Origin: an uncultured Chloroflexia bacterium
Lineage (GTDB): Bacteria; Chloroflexota; UBA6077; JACCZL01
Assembly: GCA_963765765.1 (NCBI GenBank)
Contig: CAVXYC010000001.1
Location: 160,001-224,000, forward strand
DNA: 64,000 nt
Direction: 5' to 3'
Made by a program: the position numbers and the translations under genes. This document shows, in pieces, positions 52,178 to 63,280 of the stretch (the stretch's first letter is position 1; each line of letters begins with the position of its first letter). Below the pieces are notes generated by a model, which saw only the letters and a program-made list of their open reading frames with translations, was not told the DNA's origin and ran no database searches.

Positions 52178-52960
52178 TCAGGACAACTCAAGGACGGGCT
52201 GAAAGTGATCTTCCTCGTGCCACGAGCTGGCCAGAAGCTGAGCAGTCCGCTCGCGCAGGATCTCATCGTGAGCGCGTGCGGGCACGATGAAGAACAGCCT
52301 GCGTGAGCCGCGAGCAAACTGGACCGCCCACACTCGCTCGACATCCAACCGCTCACGGATCGCCGCCATCCGACGCTGAGCCTGCACTTGCGCAGAGCCA
52401 CTCCGATCAGCATGTTGGTAAATCACCAGACTCTGCCCCCGCTGCAAGAATGGCGGCAGATCATCGTAAAACGCGAACTTGGGGCCACGCGAGCGGAATG
52501 GCCCCGTGGAGAGGATCTCGAGCCCATTATCGGGATCGATAATTACAAGCTCACATCCCTCGGTAGCATCCATAGCACCTTGGAGCCATGACGCGCGTGT
52601 GAACGGCCGCAGAGCCCACGCAACATCCTGAAATGAGAGTGGCACTGCAAAGTGCCGGGTGGAGCCTGGAAAAATGCCCAGCTCCATGAGCTTCGCGACA
52701 CGGCGATCTCTGCGCCTGATCAGTACACCGAGTTGCCGATAGAGGTAGGAATCACAACACTCGTACCGGACGACTGGCGCATTCTCCTTGCCGAGATAGG
52801 CGATGTGTTTGCCATCATCTTTTTTGGACTCATCGGGCACCAGGTACCAAACGATCCCCAGTCGGAGCATCGGCTCCGCTCGCGGCTCAATCCCGCAGAG
52901 CCATCGAAGAAGTCCGAACTTACCGAAGTCGCCCACGTCACCCACATATCGGTCCTGCAC
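52178..52960 (-). CDS. Hypothetical protein with QDRYVGDVGDFGK and DPDNG motifs
   Basis: Long ORF with YVGDVGDFGKFGLLR, IDPDNG, VIYQH. Confidence 0.7.
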   Translation of the reverse strand: MQDRYVGDVGDFGKFGLLRWLCGIEPRAEPMLRLGIVWYLVPDESKKDDGKHIAYLGKENAPVVRYECCDSYLYRQLGVLIRRRDRRVAKLMELGIFPGSTRHFAVPLSFQDVAWALRPFTRASWLQGAMDATEGCELVIIDPDNGLEILSTGPFRSRGPKFAFYDDLPPFLQRGQSLVIYQHADRSGSAQVQAQRRMAAIRERLDVERVWAVQFARGSRRLFFIVPARAHDEILRERTAQLLASSWHEEDHFQPVLELS

Positions 52961-53164
52961 CAGTCTTTCCTCCACGGGCCCCCACCCGCGTTTAACACGG
53001 CTCGCTATGACTCCCGCCCGCGGCTCACTATGACTCCCGACCGACCAGTTTACCGGGAGCCATGACCGGCTGATTGTCATAGCTGAAGTTCGACAGCTTT
53101 GACAGTCGTCGTAACGCTGTTAACCGCCTTGGTGACTCCCCAGGTGCTGCGTACCTAGACTCGG

Positions 53165-54299
53165 CTAATCAAGGTTCTCGAAACAGTGCGCGGTGGGAGC
53201 GTTCAGGTCTACCGGCCTGGGGTCGCGCTCCATCATTGGCTTATCTTGCACCGAGGTCCACTCAGTGGGGCCCAGTCCGATAACGGTGTGCAGAGCGACT
53301 TCTATGGCGTCACCGTGCGCTCGAAGCGCGGGAGCAAAGTTCGGGAGATTTAGTGGAAAAACAATGTGCGGATACCAACCTTCACGAATGACTCCGAGGT
53401 CCAGATCAAAGTCTCCTAAACTCTCGTCGTTTGGCGCTTTCTTCAACACTCCGACTAATTAGTCGATGCCATGTGAATTCGTTGCAAGCAAGGCTCGCTC
53501 TGCTGAACGGGTGAAATGGAAAGAGCTCTGCATGTTCACTCCGCACTTCCGAGAGATGATGCTGAACACCGAGAATTGACTCCGTGTCGGTCCGAAAATC
53601 TCACGCCTGGCAAATCGAGCGATCTCATGGACCAAGGAATCGTGGTTCCCGATTGTTAGACGCCGGTGCTCAATTGGCGCAACCCATGAGCCCGCGCCCC
53701 ATCTCAACACGTGGCGATTCCGGCGAGGGACGACCCAAGAACGCAATTCAGGTTGAGTGGTATAGCAATGCCAAGCTCTCTAAAGAGCGGGTCAATGAAT
53801 GGTGTCCATCCCACGTCTGATGTTATAAGCGGCGTATCCTCCTGAGTGTGCATGACGATCCATCGGGCAGCCGTCACGGGAGCCAGAAGCCGCTGGACTT
53901 CGAAAGCCCGAGCGTCGCGATCGAGGGTCCCCTTGTTTCGTCGCATCTCAACTGAAAATCGATCTCTAAATCGTGCTTCCCAATCGGGACCGCGTACAAA
54001 CAGTGCGGTGACGAAGGGAACCAGGACACGCAGCCAGAGTTCGCCGTCTATCTCGGGCGCTCCACTCGCAAGAGCAGACAAGCCTTCTGGAAGGCGACTT
54101 TAGTAATCGAACCAGAGTGCGTCGAGTGCGTCGCCATAAAGATTCCGGACGTAGCCGACGCCTTCAACGCTGGATTCAAAGACTCTTGCGGGTTGGGACC
54201 GACAAATACTGTCCGTTTTCTAGGGTCGACCCGGTTGCTCTGCGAAAAGTTGGCGAGAAACCCTGCTGGCAGGTAGTGTTGCCTAGATCTCGAGGGCAT
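53165..54299 (-). pseudogene. DUF4238-like protein, fragmented
   Basis: RQHYLPAGFLANF N-terminus, PLITSD, IPL motifs across several ORF pieces. Confidence 0.6.
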
Positions 54300-54414
54300 A
54301 GCTCGATGGTACCCATGAATGTCGCGACATCCGAAACTTGTCGGACGCCGAGGCTTGGATTGCTCGGTAGCCCTAAATCAACGGCCAGCGTTCGGACAAA
54401 CGAGTTAATCGAAC

Positions 54415-55083
54415 TCAATACTTCGACGTATTGATCTCTTCCATCCGTCCGGTGACTTCGAACACGACGCGCTCGCAGATATTGGTGACACGGTCTGCGC
54501 AGCGCTCGAGGTTGTGTGAGACCCACATGAGCCAGGTGGCGCGATCAAAGTTACTCGGATCTTGCACCATGAGATTGATCAGCTCGCGGTAGACCTGCTC
54601 GTAGAGGCGGTCCACCTCGTCATCTTCGTCGGCGATCGCCCGTGCAAGGTCGGCGTCACGACGGATGTACGCGTCCAGACTGCGGCGCAGCATGTCCTGG
54701 GCCTTCTCCGCCATGAGCGGAATGTCGACCAGCGGCTTGAGCAGCGGGACGTCCTGGTGCATCAGCACGATTCTGGCGATGCCCTCGGCGTAGTCGCCCA
54801 TCCGCTCGAGGTCAACGATGATGTTGAGCGCGGCGACGATGCAGCGGAGGTCCGAGGCCATGGGCTGCTGCGTGGCGATAAGCTGAACGGCCTGTTCCTC
54901 GATGGCGAAGCGGCGAGCGTTGATCTCCTTATCGGTCTGGATGATGCGCCGCGCCTCGGTATGGTCGAGCCGTTTGAGTGCATCCACCGATCGCCCAATT
55001 GCCTTGTCAACCATGCTTCCCAGAGCCAGGATCTCGCTCTGAAGGTGCTGGAGCTCCGCGGTGAAATTTCTGCGCAGTGTCAT
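54415..55083 (-). CDS. phoU: Phosphate signalling complex protein
   Basis: QQPMASDLR, DLERMGDYA, LERCADRVTNICE. Confidence 0.95.
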   Translation of the reverse strand: MTLRRNFTAELQHLQSEILALGSMVDKAIGRSVDALKRLDHTEARRIIQTDKEINARRFAIEEQAVQLIATQQPMASDLRCIVAALNIIVDLERMGDYAEGIARIVLMHQDVPLLKPLVDIPLMAEKAQDMLRRSLDAYIRRDADLARAIADEDDEVDRLYEQVYRELINLMVQDPSNFDRATWLMWVSHNLERCADRVTNICERVVFEVTGRMEEINTSKY

Positions 55084-55197
55084 CGGTATTCTCCACACGC
55101 CGATTCGGCGAGGCCAGATGCGTCTCCCCAGAGCATGTTGCGCAAGCAATCTGACGCTGTCAAATCTGACGTTCGAAACTCCACAGGAAGCATTGAC

Positions 55198-56020
55198 CTA
55201 TCCGAACCGACCGGTGATGTAGTCCTCCGTCGCTTTCTTGGATGGAGCCGTGAACAGTGTTCGAGTATCGCCAAACTCCACCAGCTCGCCCACGCGCTCC
55301 TCGCCCGCGAGCATGAATGCTGTCTGGTCAGACACGCGCGAGGCCTGCTGCATATTGTGAGTCACAATGATGATCGTGTAGTTCATTTTGAGGTCGTCAA
55401 TCAGCTCTTCAATCTTGTAGGTGGCGATAGGATCCAGCGCGGAGCACGGCTCATCCATGAGCAAGATATCGGGCTCCACAGCCAGCGCTCGCGCGATGCA
55501 CAGCCGCTGCTGCTGTCCGCCCGAAAGTGATGCGCCCGAGTTCTGGAGCTTGTCCTTCACTTCGTCCCAGAGCGCTGCTCCACGCAGGTGCTTCTCCACA
55601 ACTTGATCGAGATTGACTCCGCGCGCTTCGCCGGTGAGCTTCAGCCCGGATGCCACATTGTCATAGATTGACATCATGGGGAACGGGTTGGGCTTCTGAA
55701 ACACCATGCCAATGCGACGCCGAACCCGCACCGGGTCCACGCGAGGAGCGTAGATGTCCTCGCCACGGTAATAGACTTTACCTTCGGCGCGCGCACCCCG
55801 CACCACCTCATGCATCCGATTCGAAACAACGGAGCACGGTGGACTTGCCGCATCCGGAAGGGCCGATGATGGCGGTCACTTTATGCTCTCGAAAGCTCAG
55901 GTTCACGTCTCGAACGGCAATCTTCCCGCCATAATAGGCGTTGAGATTCTCAGTTCGGAGTGCCAGCCCATCAGGGGAGCCCGTGGCCCCGACGGCTGGG
56001 TCTGCGACGTTGAGTGACAT
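55198..56020 (-). CDS. pstB: Phosphate ABC transporter ATPase (frameshift near 55820)
   Basis: [38 protein letters not shown]. Confidence 0.95.
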
Positions 56021-56033
56021 TGAGATGACCTCC

Positions 56034-56909
56034 TCAGGCCTTCCGCCGTACGGCGAGTCGTGCCAGCAGACTCAGACATCCGATGACAATCACGAGCACG
56101 AGAGCGCTGCCCCAGGCCTTGGTATGCCAGTCGTCGTACGGCGACTTCGCAAACGTATAGATCTGGACGGGTAACGCAGCCATGGGCTCCATGATGTTGA
56201 GATTGAAGAATTGATTCCCCAACGCTGTCATGATCAAGGGTGCGGTTTCACCGCCAGCACGGGCCAACGAAAGCACCACGCCCGTGACCACGCCAACACG
56301 TGCCGTGGGCAGTACCACGCCGAGGATGGTTCTCCATTGGGGCACTCCGAGCGCCAGTGAGGCTTCGCGCAGGTTGCCGGGTACCAGGCGCAAGATCTCT
56401 TCAACCGTGCGAGTGACGATGGGCACCATGATGATGGCCAGCGCGACACCACCGGCAAATCCGGAGAAATTGTTGAACACGGTACGCACCAGCACAGCCC
56501 AGACGAAGACGCCGACCACGATGGATGGCAGGCCGGCGAGCATATCGATGACGAAGCGCACGAATTGCGCGAACGATCCGCGACCGATCTCGGAGAGATA
56601 GATTGCCGTCCCGATACCAATAGGTATCGCAATCACGGCCGCCACGAGGAGCATGAGCAGCGTGCCAATGATGGCCGGCGCAACCCCACCGCCCTCCTCA
56701 CCGAAGGGGAGTGGGCGCTCGGTGAAGAAGGCCACATTCATGGCCGGCAAGCCGCGCAGAATCACGTAGCCCAGAATGAAGAGGAGTGCCGTGACGCCGC
56801 AAAGCGCAGCCAGGGTGATGAGCCCCGACGCGAGGTAATTCACATAGCGCCGACGGAGCTCAGATGGCGCTGGCGTCTGAAGTGAGGCAATTGCTGGTGT
56901 AGCCATCAT
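56034..56909 (-). CDS. pstA: Phosphate ABC transporter permease
   Basis: [26 protein letters not shown]. Confidence 0.95.
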   Translation of the reverse strand: MMATPAIASLQTPAPSELRRRYVNYLASGLITLAALCGVTALLFILGYVILRGLPAMNVAFFTERPLPFGEEGGGVAPAIIGTLLMLLVAAVIAIPIGIGTAIYLSEIGRGSFAQFVRFVIDMLAGLPSIVVGVFVWAVLVRTVFNNFSGFAGGVALAIIMVPIVTRTVEEILRLVPGNLREASLALGVPQWRTILGVVLPTARVGVVTGVVLSLARAGGETAPLIMTALGNQFFNLNIMEPMAALPVQIYTFAKSPYDDWHTKAWGSALVLVIVIGCLSLLARLAVRRKA

Positions 56910-56917
56910 TCAGCCCC

Positions 56918-57929
56918 TCAGATCCCGGCTTCCGTGCCCACTCCACTCGCGAATCGAGCTACAAGGAGACGGGCCAGAATATTCACCACCATCGCGACGA
57001 TGAGCAGAGCAACGGCAACCGCGACGATTGCGCTGAAATACATGTCCGTATCGGCTTCATTGAACTGGTTCGCGATAGCGCTGGCCATCGTGTAGCCAGG
57101 CGTAAACAGCGAGGCGTTGATGGACTTGGAGCTGTTGCCGATGACCATGGTCACCGCCATGGTCTCGCCCAGTGCGCGGGCCAGGCCCAGTCCCGCCGCA
57201 CCAGCCAGACCTCCGCGGGCATATGGGAGGACGGCGTTTCTAATGGTCTCCCACTTGGTTGAGCCCAGTGCTAGCATGCCCTCGCGCTGAGTATCAGGAA
57301 CTGCCCTGAAGATCTCTCTCGAGATGGCCATGATAGTCGGGAGGATCATGATCGCCAGGATCACGCCCGCTACCAGCATGTCCTTGCCCAGGATCGGACC
57401 CGAGAAGAGCGCTCCAATCACTGGAATCTGCCCCACGGTGCCTTGAAGCGCGGGCTCGACGTATGACCGCATAAAAGGGGCAAGGACGAAGAAGCCCCAG
57501 AGCCCATAAATGATGCTGGGAATGACGGCCAGCAGCTCGGTGATGAAAGAGACTGGCTCGCGCAGCCATTCGGGTGCATATTCCGCTACGTAGAGGGCCG
57601 CGCCAATGGCGATCGGCGCGGCGATCAACAAGCCAACCAGCGATGTAACAAGCGTTCCGTAGATGAAGTGAGCGGCGCCAAACGACGAGGAACACTGGGT
57701 CCCAGGTGGTGGTGGTGAAGAACGACAAACCGAAACGGTGAAGCGCCGGCATGGCGTAGACCAGGAGCAGTGCCACCAACGCGGCGAAGACGACGACAGA
57801 GCTGGCGGCCAGTACACGCGCTCCGCCGGCAAACCAACGGTCGCCGGTGGATGAGGGTCGGGACCGCGCAGCTTCCCGCGAGATCCCGACGCCACTCTCT
57901 TTAGTTACTTCAGCTTGAGCCGAAGACAT
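56918..57929 (-). CDS. pstC: Phosphate ABC transporter permease (frameshift near 57690)
   Basis: ELLAVIPSIIYGLWG, RALGETMAVTMVIGN. Confidence 0.95.
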
Positions 57930-57942
57930 GATCCGGTTTCTC

Positions 57943-58323
57943 CTATGCTTGCGGCTGCTGATCTTCGACAGCTTCTGTCGCGAGATCATCTCGTCGTGGC
58001 GGGGCCTGGGCGTAGGGCAGGTTGTCGGACTTGATGCCCAACGCTTGCGCATTCGGGGACACGCCGTCATGTCCGTAGATGCCTCGCGCTGCCGCCCCGT
58101 ACCATGCGCTCCAACCGTCGCGCGCGACGCCATCCAAAGCATAATCAACGCTGGCCTTCCACGCGTCCGGATCGCCCGGCTGGAAACCCGTCTGCGCGGT
58201 GAACGTGTTCCCCATGCCAGCAATATCGCCCAGATGCTCGTAACCTTTCCCGCCGTAGTGCAGCTGGAACGGCCACCAACTCGAGCCGGTCTTGAACGTG
58301 CCCCGCCGTGCGGGCTCAGTCAT
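57943..58323 (-). CDS. Hypothetical protein, lysozyme/transglycosylase-like fragment, inside pst operon
   Basis: SSWWPFQLHYGG...VDYALD...GWSAWYGA. Confidence 0.55.
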   Translation of the reverse strand: MTEPARRGTFKTGSSWWPFQLHYGGKGYEHLGDIAGMGNTFTAQTGFQPGDPDAWKASVDYALDGVARDGWSAWYGAAARGIYGHDGVSPNAQALGIKSDNLPYAQAPPRRDDLATEAVEDQQPQA

Positions 58324-58345
58324 GCTTCTCACTGTTTCTGCGGGC

Positions 58346-59579
58346 CTACTGGCCGGGGAACGCTTTCTGGCCACCTGTCGTTATCGAATTGATCATCTCT
58401 TCCGCTCGAGTCACGATCTCTGTGGGGAGCGTTGAGTAGCCAAGCTCGTTGTTCTGCTTCTGGCCTTCGTGCGTTGCCCACCACATGAGGCGAGTGAGGG
58501 CCGTCGCCTTAGCCTTGTCACCGAGCTCCTTGTAGCTAAGCAGCCAGGTGAACCCGGAGATGGGATACGCGGTGGCACCTGGGGCATTGACGATGGATGC
58601 GCGCATGTCGGCTGGCACCTGAGCGCTCATGGCGCTTGCTGCCGCCGTGACCCCCTCGAGCGTGGGCTCCACCCACTCACCGGCCGCATTCTTGATTGTC
58701 GCCACGCCCAATCGGTTCTGGAGTGCATAGATCTGCTCCACGTATCCGATGGAGTACGGGTTCTGCTTGACCTCTCCGGTCACTCCGGGATTGCCCTGAC
58801 CGCCAATGCCAACCGGCCAGTTCACGGAAGTTCCCAAACCAACTCTTGATTTCCAGGTTGGGGATACGGCGCTGAGATAGTCAGTAAAGATGTACGACGT
58901 GCCCGATCCGTCCGATCTGTGGACAACGACGATGGACTTATCAACGCTCGAGAGTCCCGGGTTGTCACTCACGAGCTTAGGGTCGTTCCACTTGGTGATG
59001 TCCCCCAGGAAGATCCCGGCAAGTGTGTCCGCGGATAGCTTCAACGGGTCTTTGAGCTCAGGAATGTTGTAGGTGCCCACCACTGCACCAAGCGCGGTGG
59101 GAATGTGAAGGATTGGGGCTCCCGCGGCCTGGAGCTGCTCTTCAGTCATGGGACCGTCGGTGGCTCCGAAGTCCACCGTCTTGTCGGTAATGGCTTTGAT
59201 ACCGCCACCCGAGCCGATCGCCTGGTAGTTGACCTTGACGTTGGTCAGCTTGTCGTAGTCGTTGAACCATTTGGTATAGAGCGGCGCCGGGAAACGTTGC
59301 ACCGGCCCCAGTGAGGCCGCCAGCTTCGCCGGAGAATGGCCCGGCAATGGCGATACTCGAGGCTGGTGCGCCGCCCGTAGCCCCAGCGGCGGGTGAGCCG
59401 GCCGGCTTGGCCGCCGCCGGAGATGCAGCGGGGGCGTCGCTCTTCGCGGCGGGCGCTGTTGTCGGCTTCGCCGCGTTTTGGTTGGCGGCCGGTGTTGAGG
59501 TACATGCTGCTACTGCAATCGTTGCGGTCAATGCCGCGCCGATCAGACGCCAGCGATGTAGCCAATTATTCATGTTCAT
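58346..59579 (-). CDS. pstS: Phosphate ABC transporter substrate-binding protein (frameshift near 59295)
   Basis: GAGATFP, YQAIGSGGG, DFGATD, HRSDGSGTS, YPISGFTW. Confidence 0.95.
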
Positions 59580-59663
59580 GTCTCAGAACCTCCATTCATC
59601 TCTCCCCTCGACGTCGCTTCCAGCTCAAGGGCGCTGGGCGGTACATTCCTGAGCCTGGATTCG

Positions 59664-60080
59664 TTACCCAAGCGGAAGCACGGCCTGTCGAAACAGCGGT
59701 GCACGCCGCATTGGTCGAACTTCCGCGGCGATCACTTCCGTCCGCATACGCCGTTCACCTCGACGCGTTTCCCAGGATCTCGTGCGTAATCGGCCAACGA
59801 CCTTGACGAGGGCGCCGCGGCGAAGATCGGCGGCAGCGCTTGCCACCGCTCCATCCGCGATGACACGATGCCAGTCGGTGAGCTGCCTGGTCTCGCCGTC
59901 CGAGCCTCGCAACGACCGATGCGTGGCCAAGCCGAACGACACGATGAGCTCTTGTTGGGTAGTACGGCGCTGTTCTGGATCCTGTCCGACGTATCCGACG
60001 AGCTCAACGCGATTAATTGTCGGATCGTCACACGCAGCACTCGGCCGATCTTCTGGTTTGAACCAGGTCGGCGCGTTCAC
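59664..60080 (-). CDS. ssb: Single-stranded DNA-binding protein paralog
   Basis: NRVELVGYVGQDPE, TDWHRV, GRLRTRSW, TEVIA; no acidic DDIPF tail. Confidence 0.85.
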   Translation of the reverse strand: MNAPTWFKPEDRPSAACDDPTINRVELVGYVGQDPEQRRTTQQELIVSFGLATHRSLRGSDGETRQLTDWHRVIADGAVASAAADLRRGALVKVVGRLRTRSWETRRGERRMRTEVIAAEVRPMRRAPLFRQAVLPLG

Positions 60081-60227
60081 TGGTCACACTGTGCGCACCG
60101 AGCCCATCGGCCTGGTGCCTGCTGGCTCGGGCGCTGTCTGCTTGATCAATGTGGCAGTGATCTGAATATGATCCATTGGTGTCAGTAGAAGAGTAAGTGC
60201 GCGACTTCAGCGAGCAGTGAGTCAAAG

Positions 60228-60266
60228 ATCAACACAACTTAAACGCTGCATTAGCACCGGATAACC
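60228..60266. promoter_or_regulatory. Possible Pho-box-like 11-bp periodic repeats
   Basis: atcaac/ttaaac/attagc/ataacc at 60228, 60239, 60250, 60261, upstream of ssb-pst. Confidence 0.35.
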
Positions 60267-60493
60267 AGGCGGCCACCGAAGCCAGCATCGGGCGGGGCGG
60301 TTCCGGGATCCGTATCCACGAGGGGCTCTGGCTCACTGGCATGAGACGTGGATGGGGACAGGCGCAGAGTGGCACAGCCGACAGAGTTCTATGAAGCACT
60401 CACTACATGCGTTCCTGGACTTCTGTTGACGGGCTTCCGGCTTGCACAGGACAATCCTGATAATCCCCGCGAAGCCAACTGAGGACAGGATTC

Positions 60494-61594
60494 ATGACCT
60501 TCGCCTATCGAGCTGACCACGTGGGCAGCCTGCTGCGACCGCCGGAGCTTCTCAAAGCCCGCCAGGACGTTGCCTCAGGTGTGCTCGATCCAGAGAAGCT
60601 TCGCGAGCTGGAGGACGCGGCAATCCTGGCGGTGCTAGACATGCAGAAGTCTGCTGGCGTGAGCGCACTGACTGATGGTGAGCTTCGCCGAGCAGCCTGG
60701 ATGACCGACCTGACGGAGGCCGTGGAAGGCTTTGTGCCGGAGCACGTCACGCTCGAGTGGCGCGGCGGGGAGGGGAACGAGGCGCGACCCAGCCTGGCGC
60801 GAGTGGTGGGCGGCAAATTGCAGCAGATCCGCCGCGTCACCGCCCATGAGTCGGGATTTCTCCTGAAGCACGCCCGAGGACCGGTGAAGATGACCATACC
60901 TAGCCCCATGCTTTATGGGCAGGTCGCCTACAAGCCGGGTCTCACCGACCAGTTCTATCCAACGCGTCTCGATCTGATGCTCGCCGTCGCGGCGATTATT
61001 CGCCTCGAGATAGCCGCGCTCATTGATGAGGGCGTGCGCTACATCCAGCTCGACGCGCCCACTTACACGTATCTCGCCGATGATCGCCTACGCCAGCGGC
61101 CAGAGCACAGTGGCGGAGATCCCGAGGCGCAGCTCGATGCATCGATTGCCGCCGACAATGCGGCCGTAAAGGGCCTGCATCGGCCCGACGTGACCCTGGC
61201 CATCCACCTCTGCCGAGGCAACTCTCGAAGTCAGTGGCTGGCTGAGGGCAGCTATGACCCAATCGCCGAGAGGCTTTTCAGCCAGCTCGATGTAAATGCG
61301 TTCCTATTGGAATACGACACCGACCGCGCCGGCGGCTTCGAGCCGCTCCGATTCCTGCCGCCCGGAAAAGCGGTGGTACTCGGGCTCGTCTCATCGAAGC
61401 TTCCAGAGATGGAGTCCAAAGACCTCCTCAAGCGGCGCATCGATGAAGCTTCGAAGTACGTCCCGCTGGAGAACCTCGCCCTGAGCCCCCAATGTGGCTT
61501 TGCCTCAACTGCCGAGGGCAATCTGCTCACGCAGGACGAGCAGCGCAGGAAGCTGGAGCTAGTGGCGGAGGTGGCGCGGGAGGTGTGGGGGTGA
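60494..61594 (+). CDS. Cobalamin-independent methionine synthase II family protein
   Basis: RADHVGSLLRP, TDGELRR, HLCRGN, LEYD, LSPQCGFAS. Confidence 0.93.
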   Translation: MTFAYRADHVGSLLRPPELLKARQDVASGVLDPEKLRELEDAAILAVLDMQKSAGVSALTDGELRRAAWMTDLTEAVEGFVPEHVTLEWRGGEGNEARPSLARVVGGKLQQIRRVTAHESGFLLKHARGPVKMTIPSPMLYGQVAYKPGLTDQFYPTRLDLMLAVAAIIRLEIAALIDEGVRYIQLDAPTYTYLADDRLRQRPEHSGGDPEAQLDASIAADNAAVKGLHRPDVTLAIHLCRGNSRSQWLAEGSYDPIAERLFSQLDVNAFLLEYDTDRAGGFEPLRFLPPGKAVVLGLVSSKLPEMESKDLLKRRIDEASKYVPLENLALSPQCGFASTAEGNLLTQDEQRRKLELVAEVAREVWG

Positions 61595-61629
61595 GCCTCG
61601 TTCGCTGATTGAGAAGTCCAGGCGGAGGC

Positions 61630-61794
61630 TTAACGCTTCTCAGGGGGCTCTTCAAGAACCTCCTGTGCATCGGAAATCACTCGCGCGATGGGACGTCCTC
61701 GCTCAGTGATTACGAGCTCACCGCCGGCACCGACATATTGCACGTACTTGTGGATATGGCGACGGAACTCGGTGACAGTCACTGTTGTGGCCAT
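61630..61794 (-). CDS. Phd/YefM-family antitoxin (orphan, absent from ORF track)
   Basis: MATTVTVTEFRRHIHKYVQYVGAGGELVITERGRPIARVISDAQEVLEEPPEKR*. Confidence 0.75.
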   Translation of the reverse strand: MATTVTVTEFRRHIHKYVQYVGAGGELVITERGRPIARVISDAQEVLEEPPEKR

Positions 61795-61901
61795 TGTGTA
61801 CGGGATTGTAAGTGAAGCCTGAGCGTCCTTAACACAGGTCCGATTGAAGCGGCGACAAGACGTCGGTGGTCGATGAGTCGGATGATGATTCCTGTTTCGC
61901 C

Positions 61902-61929
61902 GTGAGCCGGTAGTAAACTACCGGCTCAC
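61902..61929. promoter_or_regulatory. Perfect 12-bp hairpin/operator-like palindrome
   Basis: gtgagccggtag-taaa-ctaccggctcac between divergent genes. Confidence 0.5.
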
Positions 61930-61955
61930 TGAGTAATCCGGTCCGAGGCCCGACG

Positions 61956-62973
61956 ATGCGCTTTCACCTCCACCTTTTACCCACCTATCACCCCGACCGG
62001 GACGCGCCGTTTGACGTGTACTACCAACACGTGCTGGAACAGGTGGAGCTGGCCGAAGAGCTGGGATTCGAGACGTTCTGGTGTACGGAGCATCACTTTC
62101 TGCTCTACGGTGGACCAGTTCCAAACCCGGCGGTGTTCATGGCTGCCGTGGCGGCGCGAACGTCGAAGATTCGGCTGGGCTCGTCCATTTCTATCCTGCC
62201 GCTTCACCATCCGCTCCAGGTGGCGGAAGACTACGCCATGGTGGACGTAGCGTCAGGCGGGCGGCTGGACTTTGGTATCGGCATGGGGAATACCCCGGTC
62301 GACTTCGAGCACTACGGCATTCCGCGCGAACAGAGCCGTGAGCGCTTCGAGGAAGCCGCCGAGGTCGTGATCAAGGCCTGGTCACAGGAGCGCTTCAGCC
62401 ATCAGGGCAAACACTGGAGTATGGACGACGTGGAGGTGTACCCGCGTCCAGTCCAGCGACCCTACCCGCCATTCTGGGTAGCCGGTGGCTCTCCTGAATC
62501 GCTTGGCTGGGCAGGGCGACACGGCGCCGGCATCATGACCGTGGCGCATCCCTATCCGCCTGAGAAGCTCATCCCCGGGCATGGCCGCCTGGCGCGCCGG
62601 ACTCGAGGAAGGCGGCCACGATCCCGCTTCGGCGCACTGCAAGATTCATCTTCGGGTGTGGGTGGACGAATCGTCAGAGAAAGCCTGTGAGACAGCCCAG
62701 GCGGCGATCCTTCGCTATGACGACCTCATGATGAAGGGCCGGGTGGCGCGCGAGTTTGCGCCGCCCGATCAGTACGACTGGGATGGCATGCGCGCGCGAG
62801 GACGCAATGTCTACGGCAATCCGGACGAGTGCATTCAGGGCATCCGCAATACGATGGCGAACTACGACTTCGATATCTTCAGCGCCACCTTTAATTTCGG
62901 CGGCATCCCGCATGAGGACGTGAAGCGTGCGATGAAGCTTTTTGCTCGAGAGGTCATGCCGGCCTTCAAGTGA
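61956..62973 (+). CDS. LLM-class flavin-dependent oxidoreductase (frameshift near 62575)
   Basis: WCTEHHF, HPLQVAEDYAMVD, PRPVQRPYPP, FAREVMPAF. Confidence 0.92.
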
Positions 62974-62977
62974 CGAA

Positions 62978-63055
62978 TTAAGAGTGCAGAGTTAAAAGTG
63001 AATAGTGAAGAGCGGATGACTTTCCTCGTCTTAACTCTGCACTCTTAACTCTCCG
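62978..63055. repeat. Heptamer-based inverted repeat (STRR-like), copy 2
   Basis: agagtgc-agagtta-aaagtga-atagtga-agagcgg ... ttaactc-tgcactc-ttaactc. Confidence 0.7.
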
Positions 63056-63084
63056 CCCTTGCCCATCCGGTTCGGTGCTGACTA

Positions 63085-63195
63085 AGATGACGTCGTCGTC
63101 AGGTGACGGGGAAAGTCCGGTGCGAGTCCGGCGCTGTCCCGCAACTGTGATGCCGCTCACCAGCGGCTGAGCCAGACCGCCTGCCCTGACGCTGA
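63085..63195 (+). ncRNA. Cobalamin (B12) riboswitch
   Basis: ggggaaagtccggtgcgagtccggcgctgtcccgcaactgtga ... gagccagaccgcctgcc, upstream of cobO. Confidence 0.92.
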
Positions 63196-63280
63196 GCCGG
63201 AGACCCGCGAGCGACGGGGCGAGGCCGTATCGCCGGATACGTCGCTCACCCCTTGTTTCACGGACGAGGGGTGTTTTGTT

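Noticed and set aside
13550-55530. Long alternative-frame ORFs (e.g. 13550-14452, 45863-46744, 54562-55530)
   Set aside because: Shadow ORFs overlapping well-supported genes, expected in high-GC DNA.
28940-59470. Ala/Pro low-complexity repeats in SBPs (about 29000, 45500, 59400)
   Set aside because: Ordinary lipoprotein linkers, not a DNA repeat system.
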